DNA of 64,000 bases from Sphingomicrobium sp. (lineage in GTDB: Bacteria; Pseudomonadota; Alphaproteobacteria; Sphingomonadales; Sphingomonadaceae). The DNA is taken from assembly GCA_035575595.1 (NCBI GenBank), contig DATLXR010000007.1, positions 9,125 through 73,124 on the forward strand. Reading direction: 5' to 3'. This document shows positions 22,147 through 38,407 of this stretch, piece after piece. Made by a program: the position numbers and the translations under genes. A model generated the notes under the pieces. It saw only the letters and a program-made list of their open reading frames with translations, was not told the DNA's origin and ran no database searches. How positions within the stretch are numbered: position 1 is the stretch's first letter; each line of letters starts with the position of its first letter.

Positions 22147-22831
22147 GCGGGCCTGCCTCCTGGCGGTCCTTGCGCTGAGCGCGTGCCGCGCCGAGCCCGC
22201 GGCGCCGCGCTTTCCCGAGGCTCAGCGCAAGGTCGCGCCGATCGTTTCGGACAGTTTTTCGACCGAGGATGCCCGCGACCGCCTGGGTGAGGCCGAGGAG
22301 GTGATGCGCTTCGCCGGGATCATGCCCGGAATGTCGGTCGCCGACATTGGGGCGGGGGAAGGCTATTATACCATCCGCCTGTCGCCGATCGTCGGTCCGC
22401 GTGGGCGCGTGCTTGCGCAGGACATCATCCCCGAAACGCGCGACCGGCTTGCGCAACGAGTCCAGCGCGGCGGGCTCGACAATGTGTCGGTGCAGCTTGG
22501 CAGGCCCGACGATCCCCGGCTTCCCCCGGCTTCGTTCGAGCGCATTTTCCTGGTTCATATGTATCATGAAGTGACCGCGCCTTACGCTTTCCTGTGGCAT
22601 TTGCGCGCGGGCCTGAAGCCCGATGGAGAAGTGATCGTGGTCGATGCCGCCCGGCCGGTCGAGCGCCACGGGATGCCGCCAAAGCAACTCATGTGTGAAT
22701 TTGGCGCTCTGGGGATGGCTGCACTGCGCAACAGGCGGCTGGTGGGGTCTGCCAATTATGCCATTGCGTTCCGGGCGAGGCGCAAACGGCCCGAACCCGG
22801 AGCTATAAAGCCCTGCCGGGGAGCGTCCTAA
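22136..22831 (+). CDS. Class I SAM-dependent methyltransferase with lipoprotein signal
   Basis: [15 protein letters not shown]; N-terminal [17 protein letters not shown] lipobox. Confidence 0.85.
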   Translation: MSIKRACLLAVLALSACRAEPAAPRFPEAQRKVAPIVSDSFSTEDARDRLGEAEEVMRFAGIMPGMSVADIGAGEGYYTIRLSPIVGPRGRVLAQDIIPETRDRLAQRVQRGGLDNVSVQLGRPDDPRLPPASFERIFLVHMYHEVTAPYAFLWHLRAGLKPDGEVIVVDAARPVERHGMPPKQLMCEFGALGMAALRNRRLVGSANYAIAFRARRKRPEPGAIKPCRGAS

Positions 22832-23235
22832 AGCAGGCCCATGCGGCGCAGACTGTGGCATTCGCTGCCTTCCGCGAAAATCAGATGGTCGACCACAGCA
22901 AGGTCGATTGCCTCTGCAGCGCGGGCAAGTGAGCGCGTCGCCCGGCAATCGGCAAGGCTTGGGGTGGAATCGCCGCTTGGGTGGTTATGCGCAAGCACGA
23001 CGCCCGCGCTGCCGAGGCGCGCAGCATCGGCGATGATCGAGCGGATCGGCAAATTGACGTCGCACTCGCCGCCCTGGTGACGGCTGAGATGGATGCAGCG
23101 CGCCGATTCATCGACATGAGCGACCCACAATTGCTCAATATATTGTGACCGTTCGTCGAAGCACGCTTCGAAAAAGGAACAAGCGGCGGCATGGCCTGCC
23201 AGTATCGCGGGGTAGTGCGCGCGTTCTGCTCTCAT
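22828..23235 (-). CDS. Stand-alone JAB/MPN (RadC-like) domain protein
   Basis: E...LAHNHPSGD.TPS.AD...DHLI motif. Confidence 0.88.
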   Translation of the reverse strand: MRAERAHYPAILAGHAAACSFFEACFDERSQYIEQLWVAHVDESARCIHLSRHQGGECDVNLPIRSIIADAARLGSAGVVLAHNHPSGDSTPSLADCRATRSLARAAEAIDLAVVDHLIFAEGSECHSLRRMGLL

Positions 23236-23350
23236 TGCGCGAGGCTAGGCAGGCGGTGAGGGACTTCCCATGCGAACATGGTCCGTTTCGGAGGGTCTGA
23301 ACTGGCTTGAGGGGGCTGGACCGGCTCTTGCAGGGCTCTAGGGTAAGCGG

Positions 23351-24145
23351 ATGCAGCCCTATCTCACACTCATGCAGCAGATCATCGACCAGGGCATCGA
23401 GCAGATGGACCGCACCGGGACCGGGACTCGATCTTTGTTCGGAGCCCAGCTGCGATTCGACCTTGCCGATGGCTTTCCCTTGCTGACGACCAAGAAGCTC
23501 CATTTGCGATCAATTATCGTCGAGCTGCTTTGGTTTCTGCGCGGCGATACCAATGTTCGCTGGCTCCAGGAGCGCAAGGTCAGCATCTGGAACGAATGGG
23601 CCGACGAGTCGGGCGACCTCGGCCCGGTCTATGGCAAGCAATGGCGCGACTGGGAGGCGGCCGATGGGCGCCACCATGACCAGATCGCGCGATTGATTAC
23701 GCTGATCCGCAGCGATCCGGCGTCGCGCCGGCAGATCGTCAGTGCGTGGAACCCCGGCGAACTCGATCGCATGGCACTGGCGCCCTGCCATTGCCTGTTC
23801 CAGACGCAGGTGGCGGCGGGGCGGCTCAATCTTCAGCTTTACCAGCGCTCGGCTGATTTCTTCCTTGGAGTGCCTTTCAATATCGCCAGCTATGCATTGC
23901 TGACGCATATGCTTGCGCGCGAGTGCGGGTTGGAGCCGGGAATATTCGTATGGACCGGGGGTGACGTGCATCTTTATGCAAATCATCTCGACCAGGCGCG
24001 GCTTCAGCTGTCGCGGACGCCGCGTGCCCTGCCGAGGTTAAAAATTGCCAATCGCGGGCAGGGTATCGATACGTATGAGCCAGAGGATTTCACATTCCTC
24101 GGCTATGATCCCCACGCGCACATTGCCGCACCAGTTGCAATTTGA
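23351..24145 (+). CDS. thyA: Thymidylate synthase
   Basis: [36 protein letters not shown]. Confidence 0.98.
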   Translation: MQPYLTLMQQIIDQGIEQMDRTGTGTRSLFGAQLRFDLADGFPLLTTKKLHLRSIIVELLWFLRGDTNVRWLQERKVSIWNEWADESGDLGPVYGKQWRDWEAADGRHHDQIARLITLIRSDPASRRQIVSAWNPGELDRMALAPCHCLFQTQVAAGRLNLQLYQRSADFFLGVPFNIASYALLTHMLARECGLEPGIFVWTGGDVHLYANHLDQARLQLSRTPRALPRLKIANRGQGIDTYEPEDFTFLGYDPHAHIAAPVAI

Positions 24146-24165
24146 AAACATTTCGGCTCCGTGAT

Positions 24166-24190
24166 GGCACCAACGGCGTTTTGCAGCGTT
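24166..24190 (+). promoter_or_regulatory. EcfG/sigmaT-type promoter variant GGCAC-N17-GTT
   Basis: One mismatch to GGAAC-N17-GTT; ends 30 bp upstream of the entericidin ATG. Confidence 0.55.
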
Positions 24191-24219
24191 CGTTTACCAG
24201 TCAGACAGGAGAATTGACT

Positions 24220-24345
24220 ATGTTGCGCAAAATCACAACGATGGCCCTTATCGGTGCCAGCCTCGCCATTGCCGCCTGCAACACTGTTCGTGGCGCTGCC
24301 GCGGACGTGAATTCGGTTGCTAACAAGGTTGATAACGCGACCTAA
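24220..24345 (+). CDS. Entericidin A/B family small lipoprotein (41 aa)
   Basis: MLRKITTMALIGASLAIAAC-NTVRGAAADV; CAGGAG SD. Confidence 0.85.
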   Translation: MLRKITTMALIGASLAIAACNTVRGAAADVNSVANKVDNAT

Positions 24346-24380
24346 CGAGGTGATCGCAGGCTTGATTGTTTGCGATTAGC

Positions 24381-24413
24381 GAGACCCCGTCGGTAAAGGC
24401 CGGCGGGGTTTTT
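24381..24413 (+). terminator. Intrinsic terminator after entericidin
   Basis: ACCCCGTCGG-loop-CCGGCGGGGT followed by TTTT. Confidence 0.8.
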
Positions 24414-24428
24414 CGTGCGCGGTTAAGC

Positions 24429-24473
24429 AAGAAAAAGGCCCCGCCGGCGGATTGCTGGCGGGGCCTTTTCTTT
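24429..24473. terminator. Bidirectional intrinsic terminator after rpoC
   Basis: GAAAAAGGCCCCGCCGGC-GGATT-GCTGGCGGGGCCTTTTCTTT. Confidence 0.88.
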
Positions 24474-24485
24474 CGAGCGAACGCT

Positions 24486-28751
<4,266 letters not shown>

Positions 28752-28806
28752 TTTTTTGTCCTTCTGACCCCCCGCCATCGGCGGGAGGTTAGGGAGATCA
28801 TCTGGA

Positions 28807-32973
<4,167 letters not shown>

Positions 32974-33341
32974 GAGTATCCCTGCGCTGGCGGAGCGAAC
33001 GCTTGTGCGCCCCGCGAATTATGTCACCCCACAAAGCGGGGCTTCAGGCGGCCTCGGCATGATGCCGAAGCCCGGGTGGTAGAGCGCTTCCCGCTTTGTC
33101 CCTCACCATCCGTTCGGCCGCTGCGCGGTTCGGCTCGTGTCCCGGTGAGGACGGAAAAGACCCCGGGCGCACGAAAAGGTGCGGCGGAGCCGTCATTTGT
33201 TGGATTAGGCCGGTATATGCTTTTCGCGACGGGACGCAAGGCCTTTCGGCACAGCTTAGGACGGTTGCCCGTTGCTCAGCCGGATCGATTGGCAAGCAGG
33301 CGTGGCGCCACAGGCGGCGTGAAGCGCGCGGGAAGCGTGTT

Positions 33342-33413
33342 TTAGAAGACGAGCGCGACGACGATAACGATTAGGATCAGCGCGCCAATGCTCAGCGATA
33401 CGTTGCGGCCCAT
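33342..33413 (-). CDS. Small hydrophobic protein, 23 aa (MGRNVSLSIGALILIVIVVALVF); below the ORF-track cutoff
   Basis: ATG preceded by AAGGGG SD at 7-nt spacing; single TM helix; perfect EcfG-type promoter upstream. Confidence 0.7.
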   Translation of the reverse strand: MGRNVSLSIGALILIVIVVALVF

Positions 33414-33449
33414 CGATATTCCCCTTTTTTTCTACTTGGCTGATCGATC

Positions 33450-33474
33450 AACCCTTATTGCTCCATGCTGTTCC
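33450..33474 (-). promoter_or_regulatory. EcfG/sigmaT-type promoter GGAAC-N17-GTT
   Basis: Reverse complement GGAAC-AGCATGGAGCAATAAGG-GTT, 36 nt upstream of the sORF ATG. Confidence 0.7.
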
Positions 33475-33536
33475 GCAACGGTTTTTTCCGCGTCTGCGCC
33501 GTGCTATGCGCCGAGCGTGTCCGGGGGGAGACTCAT

Positions 33537-34351
33537 ATGCCTTATCGTCATGCGCACTGGTTTGTGCTGGGACTGTTCCCGCTAGCCGGGCTTGCATTCT
33601 GGCGGAGCTATATCTCGCAGTTCGGGACGGCGCCGGCAGAATTTCATGCGCATGGGCTTACATCGACCGCATGGCTGTTGCTGCTGGCGATGCAGAGCTG
33701 GTCGATCCATCATGGCGCCCGGGCGTGGCATCGCACCGCCGGGCTGGCGAGCCTGGCATTGTTTCCACTGTTCCTCGCCGGAGGCGCGAGCATATTTATT
33801 GGAATGGCTCAGCGATATATCGAGGCCAGCGATCCCTTTTATCAGCTTTATCCGCCACGGCTCGCCTGGCTCGACATCGTCGCGGTGGGCGGAATCGCGT
33901 ATTTCTTTTTTCAGGCAATGAAGTTCCGGCGGAAGGTGTGGCTCCATTCGGGTTATCTGCTGGCAACCGCGATTTTTCTGCTTCCCCCGATCCTTGGCCG
34001 ACTTTCCCCGCTGCTTCCGGGGCTGGAGATTGAAGGGCCGGCCGATTTCGCGAAGCTGACGATTGGTTTCCAGATTGCCAATGGCGTTACAGCATGATCG
34101 CCGCGGGCATTGGCTGGCGGAGTCGCCATGGGCGGCCCTTTTACGAGGCAGCGGCGATGATAGTCTTGTCCGCCGTCCTTTATCAATTGCTGGGGGATTT
34201 GCGGGCGTGGCAGGCGCTTTATGTCAAAGTGGCGGACATTCCCTGGATCCCATTCACGCTTGCGGCGGCGGTCGGCGGCGCAGCCATAGGCTGGGCTGGC
34301 TGGAACGCCGGGAGGCAGACCTCAAGTCCCGGACGGCCACAGCTTGCATAG
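33537..34351 (+). pseudogene. Multi-pass membrane protein of unknown function, apparently split by a 1-nt frameshift near 34092
   Basis: MPYRHAHWF... with TM His residues ends at ACA GCA TGA; the TM pattern continues as ATG ATC GCC in the -1 frame (34094-34351). Confidence 0.6.
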
Positions 34352-34380
34352 AAAAAGGGCGGCTCGTCTCCGAACCGCCC
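34334..34380 (-). terminator. Terminator after fasciclin; partial copy of the rplL-downstream repeat
   Basis: CGGCCACAGCTTGCATAGAAAAAGGGCGGCTCG..CGAACCGCCC resembles CGGCCATGATTGCATGGAAAAAGGACGAC..GAAGCCGCCC at 35322-35367. Confidence 0.65.
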
Positions 34381-34420
34381 CAACCGGACCGCTGGTTGCA
34401 CTCAGCAGTCCCGGCTAGCC

Positions 34421-35065
34421 TTATGAAGGCATTAGTACCGTATCGACGACGTGAACCACGCCGTTCGACTGGGTGACATCGGCCTGAGTAACGACCGATT
34501 TGCCGCCCTTGGAGTCGGTCAGCGTGACCTTGCCGCCGGCTTCGCTGGCGGTCAGCTTTGCGCCCTGAACCGTGGTAAGCTCGGCCTTGCCGTTGCCGGC
34601 CTTGATCGCCGCGGAAATCTGCGCCGCGGTCATCGTGCCTGGGACGACGTGATAGGTGAGGACCTTTGACAGGTCGGCCTTGGCCGCAGGCTTGAGCAGG
34701 CCATCGACCGTGCCTGCGGGCAGCTTGGCGAAGGCGGCATTGGTCGGAGCGAAGACGGTGAACGGTCCCGGGCCGGAAAGCGTTTCGGCAAGGCCGGCTG
34801 CCTTCACGGCGGCGACCAAGGTGGTGTGATCCGCCGACTTCGAGGCATTTTCGACGATGGTCTTGGTTGGGAGCATTTCGGCGCCGCCGACCATCACCGG
34901 AGTTGTCGAGGCCATCGTGTTCATGTCACCGGCGTTTTCCATCGCCGTTTCATTGTCCATGACAATGTCGTTGGTCATCGCCGTGTCGTCCTCTGCCTTT
35001 GAACAGGCGCCAAGGGACAGGGCCACGGTAACGGCCAAAACGGCCGCAGTGCGAGTGATGCTCAT
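34421..35065 (-). CDS. Fasciclin (FAS1) domain lipoprotein
   Basis: LSLGAC lipobox; TLVAAVKAAGL, FTVFAPTNAAF, LTYHVV, NGVVHVVDTVL; CAGGAG SD. Confidence 0.94.
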   Translation of the reverse strand: MSITRTAAVLAVTVALSLGACSKAEDDTAMTNDIVMDNETAMENAGDMNTMASTTPVMVGGAEMLPTKTIVENASKSADHTTLVAAVKAAGLAETLSGPGPFTVFAPTNAAFAKLPAGTVDGLLKPAAKADLSKVLTYHVVPGTMTAAQISAAIKAGNGKAELTTVQGAKLTASEAGGKVTLTDSKGGKSVVTQADVTQSNGVVHVVDTVLMPS

Positions 35066-35097
35066 GATAATCGTCTCCTGTTGGGTCTCGCACGAAC

Positions 35098-35122
35098 TAC
35101 GCTTGCCGAGCCAAAAAGATGC
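35098..35122 (-). promoter_or_regulatory. Candidate ECF sigma promoter GCATC-N16-CGTA upstream of fasciclin
   Basis: Reverse complement GCATC-TTTTTGGCTCGGCAAG-CGTA, 32 nt upstream of the ATG. Confidence 0.45.
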
Positions 35123-35152
35123 TTTCTGAACAACATCTTCCGATAAGCGCAG

Positions 35153-35392
35153 CTTCCCATCCGCAGGTGCTTCAACATGGTCGGCGCGCGGTCCTGTCCG
35201 GGGACTGGAAGCGCGGCCATAATTTAATGGAAAAAGGGCGACCCCTCGCGGAGCCGCCCTTCCCAATCACAGGCGCTTCAAGATGGCTGGCATGCGGTCC
35301 TGTCCGGGGGACAGGACTGTCCGGCCATGATTGCATGGAAAAAGGACGACTTCTTGCGAAGCCGCCCTCTCCCGTCCGCAGGCGCTTCAAGA
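35153..35392. repeat. Degenerate tandem repeat (~106-109 bp unit, ~2.3 copies), each unit a long hairpin plus an intrinsic terminator
   Basis: CAGG(T/C)GCTTCAA at 35164, 35270 and 35379; GCGGTCCTGTCCGGGG twice; ATGGAAAAAGG...GCCGCCCT twice. Confidence 0.85.
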
Positions 35393-35416
35393 CACCCACG
35401 AAATCTTGATTGAAGC

Positions 35417-35788
35417 TTACTTAAGCTCGACGGTACCACCGGCTTCCTCGATCTGCTTCTTGATCTTTTCGGCCTCGGCCTTGTTGACGCCTTCCTTGAT
35501 TGCCTTGGGAGCGCCTTCGACGAGTGCCTTGGCTTCGCCCAGACCAAGCTGGGTAATCGCGCGGACTTCCTTGATGACGTTGATCTTCTTGCCACCGTCG
35601 CCGGTGAGGATCACGTCGAATTCGGTCTGCTCTTCCTCGGCGGGACCGGCTGCTGCTGCGGGGCCGGCGACGGCGACCGCTGCGGCTGCCGAGACGCCCC
35701 ACTTCTCTTCGAGGGCCTTGGCGAGTTCGGCGGCCTCGAGAACGGTCAGCGCCGACAGAGCGTCGACGAGCTTGGTGATGTCTGCCAT
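35417..35788 (-). CDS. rplL: 50S ribosomal protein L7/L12
   Basis: [38 protein letters not shown]. Confidence 0.99.
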   Translation of the reverse strand: MADITKLVDALSALTVLEAAELAKALEEKWGVSAAAAVAVAGPAAAAGPAEEEQTEFDVILTGDGGKKINVIKEVRAITQLGLGEAKALVEGAPKAIKEGVNKAEAEKIKKQIEEAGGTVELK

Positions 35789-35848
35789 TTTAAGTCTCCT
35801 TGCGGGGCTTGGGCCCTTTGATTGTCGTGCGTTTTGATCAGCGAAAAA

Positions 35849-36361
35849 CTAAGCTGCCTTGGCGGCATAGGCACCGGTCACGCGAGCAATCATGCTCGCG
35901 GGCTCGATGACGATGCGCGCGATCTTGGTGGCGGGCGCCTGGACGAGGCCCACCAACGTACCGCGCAGCTGATCGAGCGACGGCAAGGCGGCAAGCGCCT
36001 TGATTCCGTTCACGTCGAGCAGCGTGTCGCCCATCGCTCCGCCAACAATCTCGAGACGATCATTGGTCTTTGCGAAATCCACCGCGACCTTGGCCGCCGC
36101 GACGGGATCGATCGAGGTCGCCAAAGCGGTCGGGCCGGTCAGCATATCGCCGATCGGTCCGTACTTCGTGCCCTCAAGCGCGATCAGGGCAAGCCGGTTC
36201 TTCGCAACCTTGAACTGGGCTCCGGCGTCGCGCATCTTCAGGCGCAAGTCGGTGGACTGGGCCACCGTCAGGCCGAGATTGCGGGTAATCACCACCACGC
36301 TGGTCTCGGAGAAGACGTTCTTCAGCTCGGCTACCAGATCGGCTTTTTGCGAACGATCCAT
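35849..36361 (-). CDS. rplJ: 50S ribosomal protein L10
   Basis: GLTVAQSTDLR, KVAKNRL, LPSLDQLRG. Confidence 0.98.
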   Translation of the reverse strand: MDRSQKADLVAELKNVFSETSVVVITRNLGLTVAQSTDLRLKMRDAGAQFKVAKNRLALIALEGTKYGPIGDMLTGPTALATSIDPVAAAKVAVDFAKTNDRLEIVGGAMGDTLLDVNGIKALAALPSLDQLRGTLVGLVQAPATKIARIVIEPASMIARVTGAYAAKAA

Positions 36362-36540
36362 GCCATACTCCTATTCGGCCAAAGCGAGCTCTGGCCGAGT
36401 TCAAACAACCCCGCCGCCGAATGGCGACGAAGCATCCCGTCGCCGGATGGCGACTAAGGATATGTCCGCAGGGGCTGGATCAAGGGCGCAAGCTAAGCCT
36501 GCGCACGACCGGAGGCCGAAGCGCTCCGTCTATATTCCGG

Positions 36541-36596
36541 TCCCCGTCTAGGCCGCGAATTAAGAGGGAAACCCTCAGCGACTGTCTCGGACGAGT
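36541..36596 (-). promoter_or_regulatory. L10 leader (rplJL autoregulatory RNA)
   Basis: Reverse complement CGTCCGAGACAGTCGC...CTTAAT...CTAGACGGGG resembles the GTCC.AGAC...TTAA...TAGACGG L10-leader pattern; lies upstream of rplJ. Confidence 0.65.
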
Positions 36597-36703
36597 GTCC
36601 GGCGGCGAACCGTCGGACGAGGGGCCTATAGCGGATTTTGGTGCGCAGACAAGGGCTCGCTTCGCGGCCTGGGGCGTTGATAGCGCCAGGAACGGAGACG
36701 GAC

Positions 36704-36967
36704 ATGGCCGGTGGCTGGACGCGTGACGGTGCGGTGCAGGATCAGATCGACGATACGGTCAAGGACGCGGTGCAGCTTGCGCGAACGCTTCTTCCGAGCG
36801 GGGAGGGGGCCGAGGAATGCGACGAGTGCGGTGAGACAATCCCGCCAAGGCGCCGCGCCGCGATTCCCGGTGTGCGGACCTGCGTTGGCTGCCAGTCGCG
36901 GCGCGACGTCGCGGTTCGCCATTCGGCAATCAACCGCCGCGGAAGCAAGGACAGCCAGCTGCGCTAG
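36704..36967 (+). CDS. DksA/TraR family C4-type zinc finger protein (YbiI-like)
   Basis: [13 protein letters not shown]; [21 protein letters not shown]; GGAG SD. Confidence 0.92.
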   Translation: MAGGWTRDGAVQDQIDDTVKDAVQLARTLLPSGEGAEECDECGETIPPRRRAAIPGVRTCVGCQSRRDVAVRHSAINRRGSKDSQLR

Positions 36968-38307
36968 CCGAGGAAGAAGTCGTGCAAGAGCTTGAGGTTC
37001 AGCGCGATGATGATCGTCGAGATCGTCCAGGCGGCGATCTTCATCCACAGAGGATTTACGAATTCGCCCATCTTGGTGCGATCGCTGGTAAATCGGACCA
37101 AGGGGACGACCGCGAACGGAAGCTGTAAGCTCAGGACGACCTGGCTGAGCACGAGCAAGCTGGCGGTTCCGCTCGAGCCGTAGAGTGCTGCGACCACGAC
37201 AGCAGGGACGATTGCAAGCAATCGCGTGATCATCCGCCGAAGCCAGGGAGGCAGGCGGATGTCGAGGAAACCCTCCATCACGATCTGCCCCGCAAGGGTC
37301 GCGGTAATCGTCGAATTCTGTCCCGACGCCAGCAGAGCGACCGCGAACAAGGTGCTCGCGAAGCTTACGCCCAGCATCGGAGTGAGCAATTGATAGGCGT
37401 CCTGAATCTCGCGAACGTCGCGATTGCCTGCTTCGTAGAAGGTCGAGGCGGCGAGGATCAGGATCGAGGCGTTGATGAACAGAGCGAAGCCGAGCGCGAT
37501 CGTGCTGTCGAGCGTCGCGAACTTGATCGCCTGACGCTTGCCTGGCGAATTACGTTCGAAATCGCGGGTCTGGACGATCGAGGAGTGGAGATAGAGGTTA
37601 TGCGGCATGACCGTCGCGCCGATAATGCCGATGGCGATGAACAGCATCGCGGGGTTGGTCACCACCTCCGCGCGGGGGATGAGGCCGCTTGCAATGCTGG
37701 CGATGCTCGGTTGGGACAAAGCAAGTTCGACCGCGAAACATCCGGCGATAATGATGAGGAGCGCAATGATGAACGCTTCGAGCCGCCGAATACCGCGTTG
37801 CTGCAGAGCGAGGATCAGCAAAACGTCGAGCGCGGTCAGGCACACGCCCCACACCAGAGGCAGGCCGAACAGCAATTGCAGCGCAATCGCGGTTCCGATC
37901 ACCTCGGCGAGGTCGCAGGCGACGATCGCCAGTTCGCACATCACCCACAGGAACATGCTGACGGGTTTGCTGTAATTGGCGCGGCACGCCTGGGCGAGAT
38001 CGAATCCGGTGACGATCCCCAGCTTGGCGCTGAGCGACTGCAGCACCATCGCGAAGATGTTGGAGAGCAGAATGACCGACAGTAAAGTGTAGCCAAATTG
38101 CGAACCGCCGGCGAGGTCAGTCGCCCAATTGCCCGGGTCCATATAACCGACCGCGACCAGATAGCCCGGACCGGCGAAGGCGCCGAAGCGCCTCCAGAAA
38201 GCGCCGGACGTGGGCACCGGGATACTGCGATAGGATTCGGGAAGGCTCGGACGGCGCACCGCGGTTGCGGGCGCGGCAATCGCTGCAGTTGCTGGCGGGG
38301 GGGTCAT
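36964..38307 (-). CDS. mntH: Nramp family Mn2+/Fe2+ transporter
   Basis: [28 protein letters not shown]. Confidence 0.95.
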   Translation of the reverse strand: MTPPPATAAIAAPATAVRRPSLPESYRSIPVPTSGAFWRRFGAFAGPGYLVAVGYMDPGNWATDLAGGSQFGYTLLSVILLSNIFAMVLQSLSAKLGIVTGFDLAQACRANYSKPVSMFLWVMCELAIVACDLAEVIGTAIALQLLFGLPLVWGVCLTALDVLLILALQQRGIRRLEAFIIALLIIIAGCFAVELALSQPSIASIASGLIPRAEVVTNPAMLFIAIGIIGATVMPHNLYLHSSIVQTRDFERNSPGKRQAIKFATLDSTIALGFALFINASILILAASTFYEAGNRDVREIQDAYQLLTPMLGVSFASTLFAVALLASGQNSTITATLAGQIVMEGFLDIRLPPWLRRMITRLLAIVPAVVVAALYGSSGTASLLVLSQVVLSLQLPFAVVPLVRFTSDRTKMGEFVNPLWMKIAAWTISTIIIALNLKLLHDFFLG

Positions 38308-38362
38308 CGCGGCGCTCTCATCATATGCACGCAGTCAGCACCCCTCTGTGCGGGACTCAAGC

Positions 38363-38397
38363 AAAAGGCCGGCTCGCAAAGGTGCGAGCCGGCCTTT
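38363..38397. terminator. Intrinsic terminator between the ferritin-like pair and mntH
   Basis: AAAAGGCCGGCTCGCA-AAGG-TGCGAGCCGGCCTTT. Confidence 0.85.
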
Positions 38398-38407
38398 CGC
38401 ACCACTA

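Noticed and set aside
22828-23235. JAB gene as part of a CBASS or ubiquitin-like defence system
   Set aside because: The motif is RadC-type and its neighbours are housekeeping genes
35153-35392. CRISPR array interpretation of the tandem repeat
   Set aside because: Whole units are homologous (no unique spacers), the period is ~107 bp, and there are no cas genes
38308-38362. Mn riboswitch or Mur/Fur box upstream of mntH
   Set aside because: Only ~55 bp between the terminator and the ATG; no convincing palindrome or yybP-ykoY motif
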